DNA of 7,023 nucleotides from Escherichia coli (GTDB lineage Bacteria; Pseudomonadota; Gammaproteobacteria; Enterobacterales; Enterobacteriaceae): NCBI RefSeq assembly GCF_003334785.1, contig NZ_QOWV01000037.1; one strand, 5' to 3'. Shown piece by piece: positions 6,815 to 7,023 of this stretch (position 1 is its first letter; each line of letters starts with the position of its first letter). The notes under the pieces were generated by a model. It saw only the letters and a program-made list of their open reading frames with translations, ran no database searches and was not told where the DNA came from. The position numbers and the translations under genes were made by a program.

Positions 6815-7023
6815 CCTGTCTGGTATTATTGTAAATATTTTCAGATATATATTACCTGGATGATGGTTAAGATTAATTTATTTAATTTTGGGGAGAAAAC
6901 TCATGAAACTGTTAAACATTCTTTTAGCTGTTGTTTTAACTGTAAGGTAACCGGCTCATTTAAACCGTCTGGTCTGTTTCCTCCGGCTCTACAAAAATAA
7001 TGTCCATCATTTTTAATGGACAC

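Noticed and set aside
1-7023. CRISPR array, rRNA, tRNA or insertion-sequence elements
   Set aside because: No regularly spaced direct repeats, no tRNA-like cloverleaf segments, and no transposase-like ORF or terminal inverted repeats bracketing an element were seen. The only repeats are the GATC-containing operator repeats and the Gly/Thr-rich Ag43 passenger repeats.

Overview
This window looks like a segment of an E. coli-type CP4-44-like integrative island (cryptic prophage). From 5' to 3' on the + strand it holds: (1) an intact YeeP/YfjP/YkfA-family small GTPase gene; (2) the agn43 (flu) regulatory region with promoter, three Dam GATC sites and a strong leader terminator hairpin; (3) a flu (antigen 43) gene destroyed by a large out-of-frame internal deletion; (4) a tightly coupled three-gene operon encoding a bacterial dynamin-like GTPase (798 aa), a 301-aa partner protein of unknown function, and a patatin-like phospholipase (356 aa) with intact catalytic motifs; (5) a putative terminator and an AT-rich 3' flank with a tiny hydrophobic ORF. 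The three-gene operon is the main item of interest. I do not recognise it as a named system, and its make-up and location suggest a candidate membrane-targeting anti-phage defence or conflict system. All calls rest on reading the sequence and on motif and family knowledge; no database search was possible.
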